A stretch of 64,000 bases of DNA from Candidatus Jacksonbacteria bacterium RIFOXYB2_FULL_44_15. Its GTDB lineage: Bacteria > Patescibacteriota > Patescibacteriia > UBA9629. The position numbers and the translations under genes are program-made. The DNA lies in contig MHJY01000010.1 of NCBI GenBank assembly GCA_001818235.1, positions 17,609 to 81,608 on the forward strand, written 5' to 3'. Positions 34,110 through 43,463 of this stretch are shown piece by piece (position 1 is the first letter of the stretch; each line of letters begins with the position of its first letter). The notes under the pieces are model-generated. The model saw nothing but the letters and a program-made list of their open reading frames with translations, searched no databases and was not told the origin of the DNA.

Positions 34110-35417
34110 TCAGGCCTCTAAATATTTTAATACCGGAAATTCCTCGCCAGCCAATAATGCCAGTGATGCTCCTCCCCCGCTGGAAACATGACCGAATTGA
34201 TTTTCCAAATTAAATCGCGTCACTACGCCCTCAGTATCTCCGCCGCCGATAACCGAAAAACCTTTTGACGCCGCAACTGCTTCGGCGACTGTTTTCGTAC
34301 CCTGCGAAAAACTAAATTCTTCAAAATATCCCATCGGGCCATTCCAAAAAATAGTTCGCGCCCGTTTGACTATCTCGCCATATAAATAAGCGGTATAAGG
34401 ACCAATATCCAAAATCGCCTCATCCATGGCACATAACTCCTTCTGCCCGTTTATTTTCTCGATTCGCAGACTGCTATTATCGTAACCTCCCTGTTTTCTC
34501 TTTTTACCCACGATAATATCAACCGGCAACTGCACTTTGGTTAAAGCTACCGGCTCACCATCCGGCCATTGGCCAGGCGTTAATTCATGAGGCACAATTA
34601 ACCCGTTTGTTTTAGCAATCAATTCTTTCGCTACTTCGACCGGATCAACGCTGTTGCCTTTTGCCTGATCAACAAAAGAACTTTCCACTATAGAACCTCC
34701 AACCGCCAAACCATGCGCTTTAAAAAACGGATTCGCCAAAGCCCCACCTATTAAAACAATGGCCGCCCGATCCAAAACATTGCGAATCATCGCTATCTTA
34801 TCAGAAACTTTGGCGCCGCCTAAAATCAAGACAAACGGCTCCATCGGACCGGCTAAAATTTGGCCAAGCACTTTTACTTCTTTTTCCATCAAGAAACCGG
34901 CACAGCAACTGTCAGGGTGATATTCCAATATGCCTGTGGTAGAGGCGTGCACCCGATGGCTCTGGGCAAATGCATCATAAACCACAAATTCACCGGTCGC
35001 GGCCATCTGCTTAGCCAATGCAGGGTCAGCCTCATTTTCCCCTGCGTTAAAACGCGTATTTTCCAGCATTACAATTTCACCGGGTTTCATTTTGGAAACA
35101 ATTTTATCAACCTCCGGGCCAACGGTTTGATCAAGCTTTTGAACCTTTCGGCCTAACAACATAGACAACCTTTCCGCTACCGAGTCCATTTTGAATTGAT
35201 CATCCATTACTCCCACTTTTGGGCGTCCTAACCAGCTCAGCAACACCAAAGAACAACCTTGCGTTAATAGATAATTTATAGTGGGCAAAGAAGCGCGCAA
35301 ACGTTGGTCATCAGGAACAGTCCATTTATTGCCGACTAAAGCTAAGGTGACATCATAAGCCACCCGCAATAACACTCTTTTCCCTTTTAAATTAACTTGA
35401 TCTAGCGTGCGTAACAT
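34110..35417 (-). CDS. pgk: Phosphoglycerate kinase
   Basis: KRVLLRVAYDV N-terminus and a C-terminal GGGDT...HVSSGGGASLALL signature. Confidence 0.9.
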   Translation of the reverse strand: MLRTLDQVNLKGKRVLLRVAYDVTLALVGNKWTVPDDQRLRASLPTINYLLTQGCSLVLLSWLGRPKVGVMDDQFKMDSVAERLSMLLGRKVQKLDQTVGPEVDKIVSKMKPGEIVMLENTRFNAGENEADPALAKQMAATGEFVVYDAFAQSHRVHASTTGILEYHPDSCCAGFLMEKEVKVLGQILAGPMEPFVLILGGAKVSDKIAMIRNVLDRAAIVLIGGALANPFFKAHGLAVGGSIVESSFVDQAKGNSVDPVEVAKELIAKTNGLIVPHELTPGQWPDGEPVALTKVQLPVDIIVGKKRKQGGYDNSSLRIEKINGQKELCAMDEAILDIGPYTAYLYGEIVKRARTIFWNGPMGYFEEFSFSQGTKTVAEAVAASKGFSVIGGGDTEGVVTRFNLENQFGHVSSGGGASLALLAGEEFPVLKYLEA

Positions 35418-35473
35418 TATACTAGAGGTCCGCTTCTGGCCGCGAAACTTTTATCCACGCCCAGTGGCGGTCG

Positions 35474-36025
35474 TTAAAATTCATGGCAAGGCAAATGAAA
35501 CAAACTGGCCAATTCGTTATTAAAAACTTTCCCGTGCATTATCATTAAAGCGTTGCGTAACACCTCATCCTCCACCAATGCCTTTAATCCCTTATCCGCC
35601 AGCTCCAATAAAAAAGGCAAAATAAAATTAGAAAACTCTACTCGTGATGTTCGCGGCCCAAAGCGCTTGGTTAAACCTTTGATCTGCGAATAATCAAAAA
35701 GCGATATCTTCTGGTCGATTATTTTACGAATTAAAGTTTCATTCTTTTTTAAAGAAATCTCGGTAAATAAAATTTTATCCTTGCCGCTCAAATTATCGAT
35801 CTCCGCCAAATCAGGACATGAGGTTTTAACAATCAGGTCTCCACGATCCAATAATTCTTCTTTGGTATTGATAATATAAGCGCCAATATTTAGATAAGGC
35901 CGCAATTCAGGCTTGGTGGCATCGCCCTCAATTAAAACAGTATGGCGATTCTGCACAAGCACGGATATTGATTGTGAAGTCATGTCCACTTCATGCCTTT
36001 GGCCTTGAAGAACGCTAATCGTCAT
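35474..36025 (-). CDS. Alanine dehydrogenase/PNT-like protein lacking the central NAD-binding Rossmann domain
   Basis: Residues 20-120 resemble the AlaDH/PNT N-terminal domain (LIVKTSCP...ILFTEISL). The C-terminus matches the AlaDH C-terminal helices (FILPFLLELADKGLKALVEDEVLRNALMIMHGKV). No GxGxxG segment lies between them. Confidence 0.45.
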   Translation of the reverse strand: MTISVLQGQRHEVDMTSQSISVLVQNRHTVLIEGDATKPELRPYLNIGAYIINTKEELLDRGDLIVKTSCPDLAEIDNLSGKDKILFTEISLKKNETLIRKIIDQKISLFDYSQIKGLTKRFGPRTSRVEFSNFILPFLLELADKGLKALVEDEVLRNALMIMHGKVFNNELASLFHLPCHEF

Positions 36026-36047
36026 AAATAAAAAACACCCAAGTTGA

Positions 36048-36893
36048 TCAAGCTAGCCTAGCTTTCAAAACTTGATCATAAACTTCGGGAGTTGAAATAT
36101 CATACCAACTGCCTTTTAGCAAATAGCCGAGCAATTTATATTTTTTTATTAATTTAGGCAAAATATCTTTTTCCAAACTGACGCTTTTATCCCTTGGCAA
36201 GTGAGAAAAAATCTTTCCTTTGAGCAAATATATACCAGCAGAAATCAAGTGCGACTGGGTCGCGTGGGGCTCGGGTTTCTCGATAAAATCTTTGATATAT
36301 TCACCTTCTAACTTTACTACTCCCCAAAATTCTGGGTTACGCACCGTCGTTAAGGCAACCACTCCCAAAACATCCCGATGCCCATAATAAAATCGGACCA
36401 TATCTTGATAATTTATATCCGCCAATACATCGCCATAGATTAAAAAAAAGGCCTCTTGAGGACCTAAATTGGGCTTCATGGTACGCAAAGCGCCGCCTGT
36501 TCCCAAATCGCTACGATTTTGCACACTATAAGTAATTCTGACTCCAAATTTACTCCCATTGCCAAAATAAGATTTAATCTTATCAGCTAAGTGCCCGACG
36601 GAAATATAAATGTCGCGAATATCGGATTCCCGTAACCCAATAATAATATGCTCCAATAAAGGACGCCCGCCGACCGGCAACATGGCTTTGGGCATCTCGT
36701 AAGTGAACGGGCGAAATTTAATCCCCTGGTCGGCTGCCAAAATAACCGCCTTGCTGACCGGCAGATTCAATTTGTAAGCCAACATGGATTCAATCGCATG
36801 CGAGCGATTCCTGATTCTCACACCGTCAATTTCCGCATCAAGAATCTCGATCAAATCTTTGCGTAAAGTGATGGTTAAACGTTTCCTCAGCAT
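36048..36893 (-). CDS. Ribbon-helix-helix (CopG-like) domain fused to a sugar-phosphate nucleotidyltransferase
   Basis: N-terminal RLTITLRKDLIEILD...RNRSHAIESML (RHH). Then AVILAADQGIKFRPFTYEMPKAMLPVGGRPLLEH matches the NTP_transferase G-x-G-T-R signature region. Confidence 0.7.
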   Translation of the reverse strand: MLRKRLTITLRKDLIEILDAEIDGVRIRNRSHAIESMLAYKLNLPVSKAVILAADQGIKFRPFTYEMPKAMLPVGGRPLLEHIIIGLRESDIRDIYISVGHLADKIKSYFGNGSKFGVRITYSVQNRSDLGTGGALRTMKPNLGPQEAFFLIYGDVLADINYQDMVRFYYGHRDVLGVVALTTVRNPEFWGVVKLEGEYIKDFIEKPEPHATQSHLISAGIYLLKGKIFSHLPRDKSVSLEKDILPKLIKKYKLLGYLLKGSWYDISTPEVYDQVLKARLA

Positions 36894-36971
36894 AAAAAAT
36901 AATGTATGACAATATCATATGTTATCATACATTATTCCAGCAACCGCTGTCAATTGTAATTGTACTAATAT

Positions 36972-37535
36972 TTACGAAACCCGCTCGACATATTCGCCGG
37001 TTTCGGTATTAACCCTGATTAAATCACCCTCTTTAACAAATAGCGGTACATTAATTTGATAGTCCGTCTCCAAAGTAGCCGGTTTAAAAACAGTCCCTGA
37101 GGCAGTATCGCCCTTCACTGCCGGTTCGGTTGATTTTACTTTTAAAACTACTTTTGGGGGTAAATCAACATCAATTAAACGATCTTCATACTGCACTAAT
37201 GTTACTCCCTGTCCTTCTTTAATAAAACCTACTTTATCGTCTAAAAGTGATTTATCGACCGAAATCTGCTCAAAATTAGCCGTGTCCATAAAATGCAAAG
37301 CTGTCTGATCCTGATACAAATATTCGGCGGCTCGTCTTTCCAATACCACCTCCTCAACTTTCTCGCCGGCCTTGAAATTAAATGTTAAAACGCTGTTTGT
37401 AAGCAAATCCCTAACCTTAATAGTCACCGTGGCCGAACCGCGGCCTTTATGAGTGTGGGAATAGTCCGTCACTTCTAACAAGGCGTCCTTATATTTAAAA
37501 ATCACCCCTTTTTTTAAATCATTTGGTTCTAACAT
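36972..37535 (-). CDS. efp: Elongation factor P
   Basis: KGVIFKYKDALLEV...KGRGSATVTIKVRDLLTN (KOW-like) and OB domains. Confidence 0.9.
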   Translation of the reverse strand: MLEPNDLKKGVIFKYKDALLEVTDYSHTHKGRGSATVTIKVRDLLTNSVLTFNFKAGEKVEEVVLERRAAEYLYQDQTALHFMDTANFEQISVDKSLLDDKVGFIKEGQGVTLVQYEDRLIDVDLPPKVVLKVKSTEPAVKGDTASGTVFKPATLETDYQINVPLFVKEGDLIRVNTETGEYVERVS

Positions 37536-37743
37536 ACGGTAATAATGCCACTTCTCGGGCTTGTTTTATGGCTAAAGTCACCTTTCTCTGATGCTTAGCG
37601 CACAAACCGGTGTAGCGGCGGGGTAATATTTTCTTATAGTGCGAAAGGTAAAAATTTAAAGCTTCCGAAAATTTATAATCAATCAATTCGGCTTTTTCCA
37701 CACAATAATAACAATGTTTGATTTCTTCTTTCATAATAGACAA
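37519..37743 (-). CDS. rpsR: 30S ribosomal protein S18
   Basis: IDYKFSEALNFYLSHYKKILPRRYTGLCAKHQRKVTLAIKQAREVALLPY. Confidence 0.85.
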   Translation of the reverse strand: MSIMKEEIKHCYYCVEKAELIDYKFSEALNFYLSHYKKILPRRYTGLCAKHQRKVTLAIKQAREVALLPYVRTK

Positions 37744-37866
37744 GGTAATCTTAAGCTTCCCTAAGCCGGCAGTGGGGACAATTTATGTTGCCCAGAAAAA
37801 TCTACTAAATTAACACCGCCTAATCTTAGTTATAAGCGCAAGATAAATGTTGATGCAAAAATTATT

Positions 37867-38427
37867 TTAAAATGGTATGTCTTCCACCGAAACTTCGGCT
37901 TCTTCGTAATTCTCTTCGGAAATATCTATGGTCGGTATATCTTCCTCACCGCTTTTTGTCGGGGGAACATATGGCGCGTTGGAAGCCGCGATAGGGGTTG
38001 TTGCCATACCAACCGCTTTGTTTACCGTTGGACGAGCTGGGGAATAAGGGCTGGCAACTACTGGAGAAACAGCCGCGTTCACTGCACCGCCGGCGCCTGC
38101 CGGACGATCCAACATAATCATGTTATCTGCGACGATCTCAGTTTTGTACCTTTTAAATCCATTAGGATCATCCCAACTGCGAGTTTGCATTCTTCCTTCG
38201 ATGTAAACCTTGGTACCGCGTTTTAAGTATTGAGCGGCAATTTCTGCCAGACGACGCCAGGTTACAACTTCGTGATACTCCACTGTTTCCTGTCGATTGC
38301 CACTTTTGTCCTTGTAAACCCGATTAGTAGCAACACTAAAGGTAGCTACTGGTGTACCATTAGGGATGGTCTTAAGTTCCGGCTCCCTAGTCAAGCGGCC
38401 AATAATCATCACCTTATTTAAGTCCAT
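37867..38427 (-). CDS. ssb: Single-stranded DNA-binding protein
   Basis: OB-fold N-terminus (MIIGRLTREPELKT...YHEVVTWRRLAE) and an acidic C-terminal tip ending DIPF. Confidence 0.9.
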   Translation of the reverse strand: MDLNKVMIIGRLTREPELKTIPNGTPVATFSVATNRVYKDKSGNRQETVEYHEVVTWRRLAEIAAQYLKRGTKVYIEGRMQTRSWDDPNGFKRYKTEIVADNMIMLDRPAGAGGAVNAAVSPVVASPYSPARPTVNKAVGMATTPIAASNAPYVPPTKSGEEDIPTIDISEENYEEAEVSVEDIPF

Positions 38428-38509
38428 AAGTCTATGGGGGAATTATGAATCGGTGATTAGGATTGCCTATAATCGCAATCCTAAAGACACTTAATTCACA
38501 ATTCTTGCT

Positions 38510-39136
38510 TTATAGTTCTATTTCCCCTCCTAAAATATCTTCTAATTTTTTGTCCAAATCTGCTAATGAACTTTTTTTAGCCTTAGTGGCCTTCTTCTCT
38601 ACAATTACCTCTGGGACAATCACACTTTTTTGGACTTCTTGCTCGGGAGTAGAGGTTTCTGTCGGTAAAGATATTTCTGGTTGTTCACTAATCTCTCTCT
38701 TCGCTGGAACCGGCTCGCGCAGATCTAAATTTTGTCTCTCCTTAGGAGTAGCTTGCTCGACAACGATTAGCGGGCTGGCAGGTTGCTTACGAGCTTCTTG
38801 GGCCTTTAACCGTACTCGCTCGTTAAAAATTTTAAGGTAAGCTTCCAAATCTTCGTGTTGTAGCACTCGACTCCGTAAAATGCTTTTGGAAAGAAGAATG
38901 CTTTTTTTTATTGCAGAAACGCCAGCAGGCGCAACTTTAAAATAACACAAAACATAATAAGCATGCTCGGCTTTTTTTATTGGATAAGCTAATTTCCGTT
39001 GGGTCCAAATTTCGTGGGAGAGTATCTCGGCTTGCTCTTTGGCAAGCAATTGGCCAATTTGATTCTTTATTTCTTCGACTTCACTTTGCGAATTAGTCGC
39101 TGGAACTAAATATAATAATTCGTATCCTAAAGACAT
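38510..39136 (-). CDS. rpsF: 30S ribosomal protein S6 with long charged C-terminal extension
   Basis: MSLGYELLYLVPA...RKLAYPIKKAEHAYYVLCYF core. Start trimmed to this Met (the upstream extension in the ORF track is unlikely). It lies in an rpsF-ssb-rpsR arrangement. Confidence 0.75.
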   Translation of the reverse strand: MSLGYELLYLVPATNSQSEVEEIKNQIGQLLAKEQAEILSHEIWTQRKLAYPIKKAEHAYYVLCYFKVAPAGVSAIKKSILLSKSILRSRVLQHEDLEAYLKIFNERVRLKAQEARKQPASPLIVVEQATPKERQNLDLREPVPAKREISEQPEISLPTETSTPEQEVQKSVIVPEVIVEKKATKAKKSSLADLDKKLEDILGGEIEL

Positions 39137-39307
39137 TGCCCTAAAACTGCAAAAATAAAATGTGCTTAAACGCATCTTACTTTACAGCTCGTTACAAGCG
39201 AGCAGTCTAAGTATGCAACTTAGACTATGGATATAAAGCCCGCCGCGGCCCATCCACTATTTTTGATTAGACAGGCGGAATTTAAAGTCATTTTTAATCT
39301 AGCATAA

Positions 39308-39706
39308 TTACTTTTTTTTGGCAAATTTTGCTAACAATATTTCGGTATCTTGCTCCCGAACAAAACGTTTTAGTATCAAAAAACTGATTAAAATGCCTGC
39401 TACGTCAACCAACCAATCATGCCAATTGCCGTCACGCCCGGAAATAAAACTTTGATGATACTCATCGGTTGCGGCATATAAAGCGGCTAAAATCATTGCC
39501 AACGGTAATACGGATTGTTTCTTTTTTCCAATAACCTTAACCAATAGCCAAGTTAAAATTCCGTATTCAACCATATGCGCCCCCTTGCGCAATATTAAAT
39601 CAACCCAATCTATAAGACCGGAGCGCAAATTCGGTTGATTCGATAAATAAAAAATAATTCCCATCCACAATAACAAGAGCAACGAATCTAAAAATCTTTT
39701 TAGCAT
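39308..39706 (-). CDS. VanZ-family membrane protein
   Basis: Four transmembrane helices with KGAHMVEYGILTWLL, typical of VanZ. Confidence 0.7.
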   Translation of the reverse strand: MLKRFLDSLLLLLWMGIIFYLSNQPNLRSGLIDWVDLILRKGAHMVEYGILTWLLVKVIGKKKQSVLPLAMILAALYAATDEYHQSFISGRDGNWHDWLVDVAGILISFLILKRFVREQDTEILLAKFAKKK

Positions 39707-39751
39707 AAAATTTGTATCAGAAAAAATTTAATGATATTATTATAAATAACC

Positions 39752-39847
39752 GAACAAGTATTTTTTGCTTGCCTCAAACTCCCTTCGGTCGGGGTTCGGC
39801 TATGGCCTCACCCTAAGCTCGGCTTCGCAAAAAAAACTTGTTCGGTC
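39752..39847. repeat. Family-B element: about 96 bp bounded by a 10-bp inverted repeat (ccgaacaagt / acttgttcgg); internal core related to the Mur ligase gene insertion
   Basis: Shares the gtcggggttcg...tcaccc...aagctcggc core with the reverse complement of 19680-19765. Confidence 0.5.
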
Positions 39848-39876
39848 ATCATAATTGCCTAACACGATTTAGTCAA

Positions 39877-40449
39877 ATGTATCAGTTTTACCGGTTACTG
39901 TCTTGGTTTTTTCATCCGATAATCACGCTGGCCTTAATGCTTTTTTTGGCCATCGTATTTTCTTTTACTGAAGGCCAACCGTTAATTCTCTGGTTAGGAG
40001 TCGGGTTTGGAATGATTTATGGCATTCCTGGAGTCTATTATTTTATTTTACTCTATCAAAAAAAAATCGACGTCGACGTAAAAAATTTAATTCAGCGCGA
40101 AAATTTGTTTAAAATCAGCATAATTACGCTAGCCGCCGTTTTTGTTTTGACAATCATTTTTACGGAGGCCGAAATTCTCCAAAAAATGCTGTTGGCGGCA
40201 ACCGCAATCAATCTGTTATTCATCATCTTTCTCAATCTGTTCAAGATGGAGTTGAGCATTCATATTTCGGCATTAACAGTATTAATAATTTTTTTAATTT
40301 ATTATGTAGCCGACTACTACTTAATCGGACTGCTACCGCTAATCTTAACCGCCATTTCTCGTTATAAATTACATAAACACACTGTAGCGGAATTGATTGG
40401 AGGATTTTTATCAAGCGCGATTATTTACATCTGCATCTTATTGCTGTAA
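39877..40449 (+). CDS. Hypothetical polytopic membrane protein
   Basis: Five or six hydrophobic helices and no recognisable motif. Start moved to the first ATG; the TTG start in the ORF track lies inside the repeat. Confidence 0.45.
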   Translation: MYQFYRLLSWFFHPIITLALMLFLAIVFSFTEGQPLILWLGVGFGMIYGIPGVYYFILLYQKKIDVDVKNLIQRENLFKISIITLAAVFVLTIIFTEAEILQKMLLAATAINLLFIIFLNLFKMELSIHISALTVLIIFLIYYVADYYLIGLLPLILTAISRYKLHKHTVAELIGGFLSSAIIYICILLL

Positions 40450-40542
40450 ATTTAGCGTATCATTTTATAAGTTCGCTGTAAAAATGAGGCAAAATAAAAC
40501 AACTGGCGATTCGACCAGTTGTTTTTTTGTGCTTAATTCGAT

Positions 40543-42390
40543 TTAAATTGATGGCGGTGGCGGCGGCATATTATCAGAAAAATCACGCCTGCCTTTTTTG
40601 TGTCTTGATTTATCGTTTGCTGAAAAAGATGCTTTTTCCGACTCTTTAATCTTGAGTTCCTCCGTCTCTTTCAAATCCTCCTCCGCCATACCGCTTTCTT
40701 CATGTTCGACTGACATCATATCTTCCTCATCACTAAATAACTTATCAATTCCTTCGTTTAATAAACGGCGTTTCTGACCTAAATACCAAATCACAAAAAT
40801 GATTGCTAAACCTATCAAGATAACAAGACCTAGAACCAAAGGCCAGTTTGTCACCGCTCCGAGCGCAAAGCCAGATCCCCCGGTAGCTGCGCCTAATTCA
40901 ATTTTATTATCGTCTCCATCACCGGCGATAATTTCGCCTGAAACTTCTGGCGCCAAATCAGCAATTTCTCCACTTGCCCCCTCTTTTACAGAAATACCAT
41001 CTTGCCCAGTGGGCGTTTCACCGTTTAGTGATGGTGTCCCGCTTGTTTGGGAATCGGTTGGCTGCGGTGCTGGTTCTTTTACTGGTGCCAAACCACTAGG
41101 AAAATAATAAAGGACGTTAGAAATAAGACTGCCTTTACCCTGATCATCATAAGCTTTCGCGGTAATTCGATGGATCCCCGCCGTCGATGTGGCTATATCA
41201 AGAGGCGCCTCGAAATACAAAGTCCCTGACTGATCATTAATTGGCGTTACGACAGAATCTAACTTTCCATCAACAAAAACATGAATTAAAGAATCATTAT
41301 GCGCCACGCCTCCAACTTTTACCTTACCGGCGTCTTTTGTTATCCGAAGCAAGGTTGGCGGGATGTAAGGCTTTAAAGCTATAATTGATACTCCTTTGGA
41401 CAATTGACTAACCCGCCCATTCTTGTCTGCCGCTTGCGCGTAAATTAGGTGCTCTTTTCCTCTTTCTACGCTCTTTTTTAATTGATAGCTAAACCCCGCC
41501 ACGCCTGAGGAATGATTTAATACTGTTATTTCACCATCTTTGGCGCCATCCACGATTATTGTTATCGTACTGTCGTTATAAGCAACGCCAGTAATAACCG
41601 GCTTATCCTCAACTATTTTGTCATTATCTTGAGGAGAAAGAATGGTCGGCGTGGGAAAGTTAACAATCTCCAAGACTTTAACCTTACTTGGCAAGGATAC
41701 GCGCCCGGTTTGATCAACTGCCTGCAAGTATAATGAGTGCTGTCCCGACGTAATGGGCACTGACAAGCGATGTTTAAAACCGACAGCGCCAGATGGATTT
41801 GAGTTCAAGGTAAAAGTGTCGAATAAAGCGCCGTCAACAAAAAATTTAATAGTCGAATTATTATGAGCCACGCCTTGCAGATAGGCAAAGGGAGACGTAG
41901 TCTTTACATAATCAGCTAATAAAAACGTCGGCCCGCCGAAAGGAACAATATTAATGTTAATAGTTTTTGAAAAATCGCTACTAATCTGCCCTGTTTGATC
42001 AATGGCTTTTACTTTAATATCATGCTCACCTAAGCCCAACGGAATTGTCGGCTGCCAGGCAAAATTGCCAACACCAGAGGGATGATTAGAGGTTTTCACC
42101 GTTGCCGCTAAACTGCCATCTAAATAAATCTCGACAGCCGTATCATTAACGCTTACTCCAGCAATTAATGGCTTGGCTGTCGTTAATTTTTGCGCTTCTG
42201 GCAATAAAATTGTCGGCGCGATTACACTAAAAACAGCCTTTGATTGTAGAGGCAACGCGAGCGCTAACAATAAGACGCCGATTTTTAAAAAATTTACCGC
42301 TTTTGAAAATGTCGAACTTTTTTGTTTTTGTTTTTGCTCTGTGCTACGAGAACCATAACTAAATACACTAGCAATTTTTTGAAGGATCAT
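40543..42390 (-). CDS. Cell-surface protein with four or five tandem Ig-like repeats, C-terminal transmembrane anchor and acidic cytoplasmic tail
   Basis: Repeating unit of about 95 aa (P.I.GVA.NDS.I..FVDG...N..SG..GF). There is an N-terminal signal, a transmembrane helix near the C-terminus, and the gene ends PPPPPSI. Confidence 0.55.
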   Translation of the reverse strand: MILQKIASVFSYGSRSTEQKQKQKSSTFSKAVNFLKIGVLLLALALPLQSKAVFSVIAPTILLPEAQKLTTAKPLIAGVSVNDTAVEIYLDGSLAATVKTSNHPSGVGNFAWQPTIPLGLGEHDIKVKAIDQTGQISSDFSKTININIVPFGGPTFLLADYVKTTSPFAYLQGVAHNNSTIKFFVDGALFDTFTLNSNPSGAVGFKHRLSVPITSGQHSLYLQAVDQTGRVSLPSKVKVLEIVNFPTPTILSPQDNDKIVEDKPVITGVAYNDSTITIIVDGAKDGEITVLNHSSGVAGFSYQLKKSVERGKEHLIYAQAADKNGRVSQLSKGVSIIALKPYIPPTLLRITKDAGKVKVGGVAHNDSLIHVFVDGKLDSVVTPINDQSGTLYFEAPLDIATSTAGIHRITAKAYDDQGKGSLISNVLYYFPSGLAPVKEPAPQPTDSQTSGTPSLNGETPTGQDGISVKEGASGEIADLAPEVSGEIIAGDGDDNKIELGAATGGSGFALGAVTNWPLVLGLVILIGLAIIFVIWYLGQKRRLLNEGIDKLFSDEEDMMSVEHEESGMAEEDLKETEELKIKESEKASFSANDKSRHKKGRRDFSDNMPPPPPSI

Positions 42391-42682
42391 AAGGAAGCAT
42401 TAGACCTTATCCTCCTTTATAAGGATCACATTATATTAGCCACCTGCCTTTTGTAATATTGGCAAATAATTAATATATTATTTTTAGAATCTAATTGCTT
42501 CCTCGTATAACTAATACCACCTTAGGTAATTTTATTAAATTAGTCAAGTATTTTCTGTGGAAAACAAGTGAATAAAAAACCTTTCCCCTAAATCAAACCC
42601 AATCCTAAAACTAAAGGATTGGGTTTTGGCTAATTAATACTCCCCAAAAGCCTGCATTATTAATAATTTATTTTTTTGTTCT

Positions 42683-43174
42683 TCAACCACCAGCCACAAT
42701 TGGCTCTAAAGTGATTTTAATATTATCCTTTGCTTCATCATAATCAGTGGTGGCCGGATCGTTTGTCGTTTTGCCATCTGGTCCGGCAGATTCTAAAGAA
42801 CCACGTAAATAGTCACCATCCTGATCAATTGCTGGCGGTACCAAGGCATAACTTTTCCCCCAAGCATCTTCTTTCCAATTGGTCTCTAAATCGCTATTTG
42901 GAGCGTCCGTGAATCCTTCGGCTAAATAACCTTTAGTAACTAAAGTAGTAATGGTACTAATGGTATCGCCTGGATAATCCTGTTGATACGCCATTAAGGA
43001 ATCGCGAACAGCTTTCATTTCGTCCATTGTTGCGATCAATTTAGCCTGACTAATTTGATTAACCGCATTGGTTACTCCAGTACCAGCTAATACAGCCATT
43101 ACCGTAATGCTCGCCATGATTTCCGGCATGGAAATACCTCTCGGCTTTTTTAGCCGAGACCATGAAATATTCAT
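42683..43174 (-). CDS. Type IV pilin-like (prepilin-type N-terminal cleavage/methylation domain) protein
   Basis: Leader ...KKPRG|ISMPEIMASITVMAVLAG, with Gly at -1, Glu at +5 and a hydrophobic helix. Confidence 0.55.
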   Translation of the reverse strand: MNISWSRLKKPRGISMPEIMASITVMAVLAGTGVTNAVNQISQAKLIATMDEMKAVRDSLMAYQQDYPGDTISTITTLVTKGYLAEGFTDAPNSDLETNWKEDAWGKSYALVPPAIDQDGDYLRGSLESAGPDGKTTNDPATTDYDEAKDNIKITLEPIVAGG

Positions 43175-43463
43175 TTATTATCACCCCCTTTCTATATCTG
43201 TGCGAAATATCTCGACCTTTCTTTTATTTTTATTTTTGTCTTTTGTATAACTTATCTACATCTCATAGCGCCGTCAAAAAATTATCAAGTTTGGTTTTTT
43301 TTGTTTTTATTTAGCGAAAAATTTTGTTTTTGTTTTGCTTAATGACGGCGCCTCTTTTTTTGCCTCCATTTTTTTATTAATTCTATTTTAGCATAAAAAA
43401 ATGAGTCAAGCAATAAAAAAATCGGTACCGAGATACCGACTAATGCATTGCTTATCTAGACTA

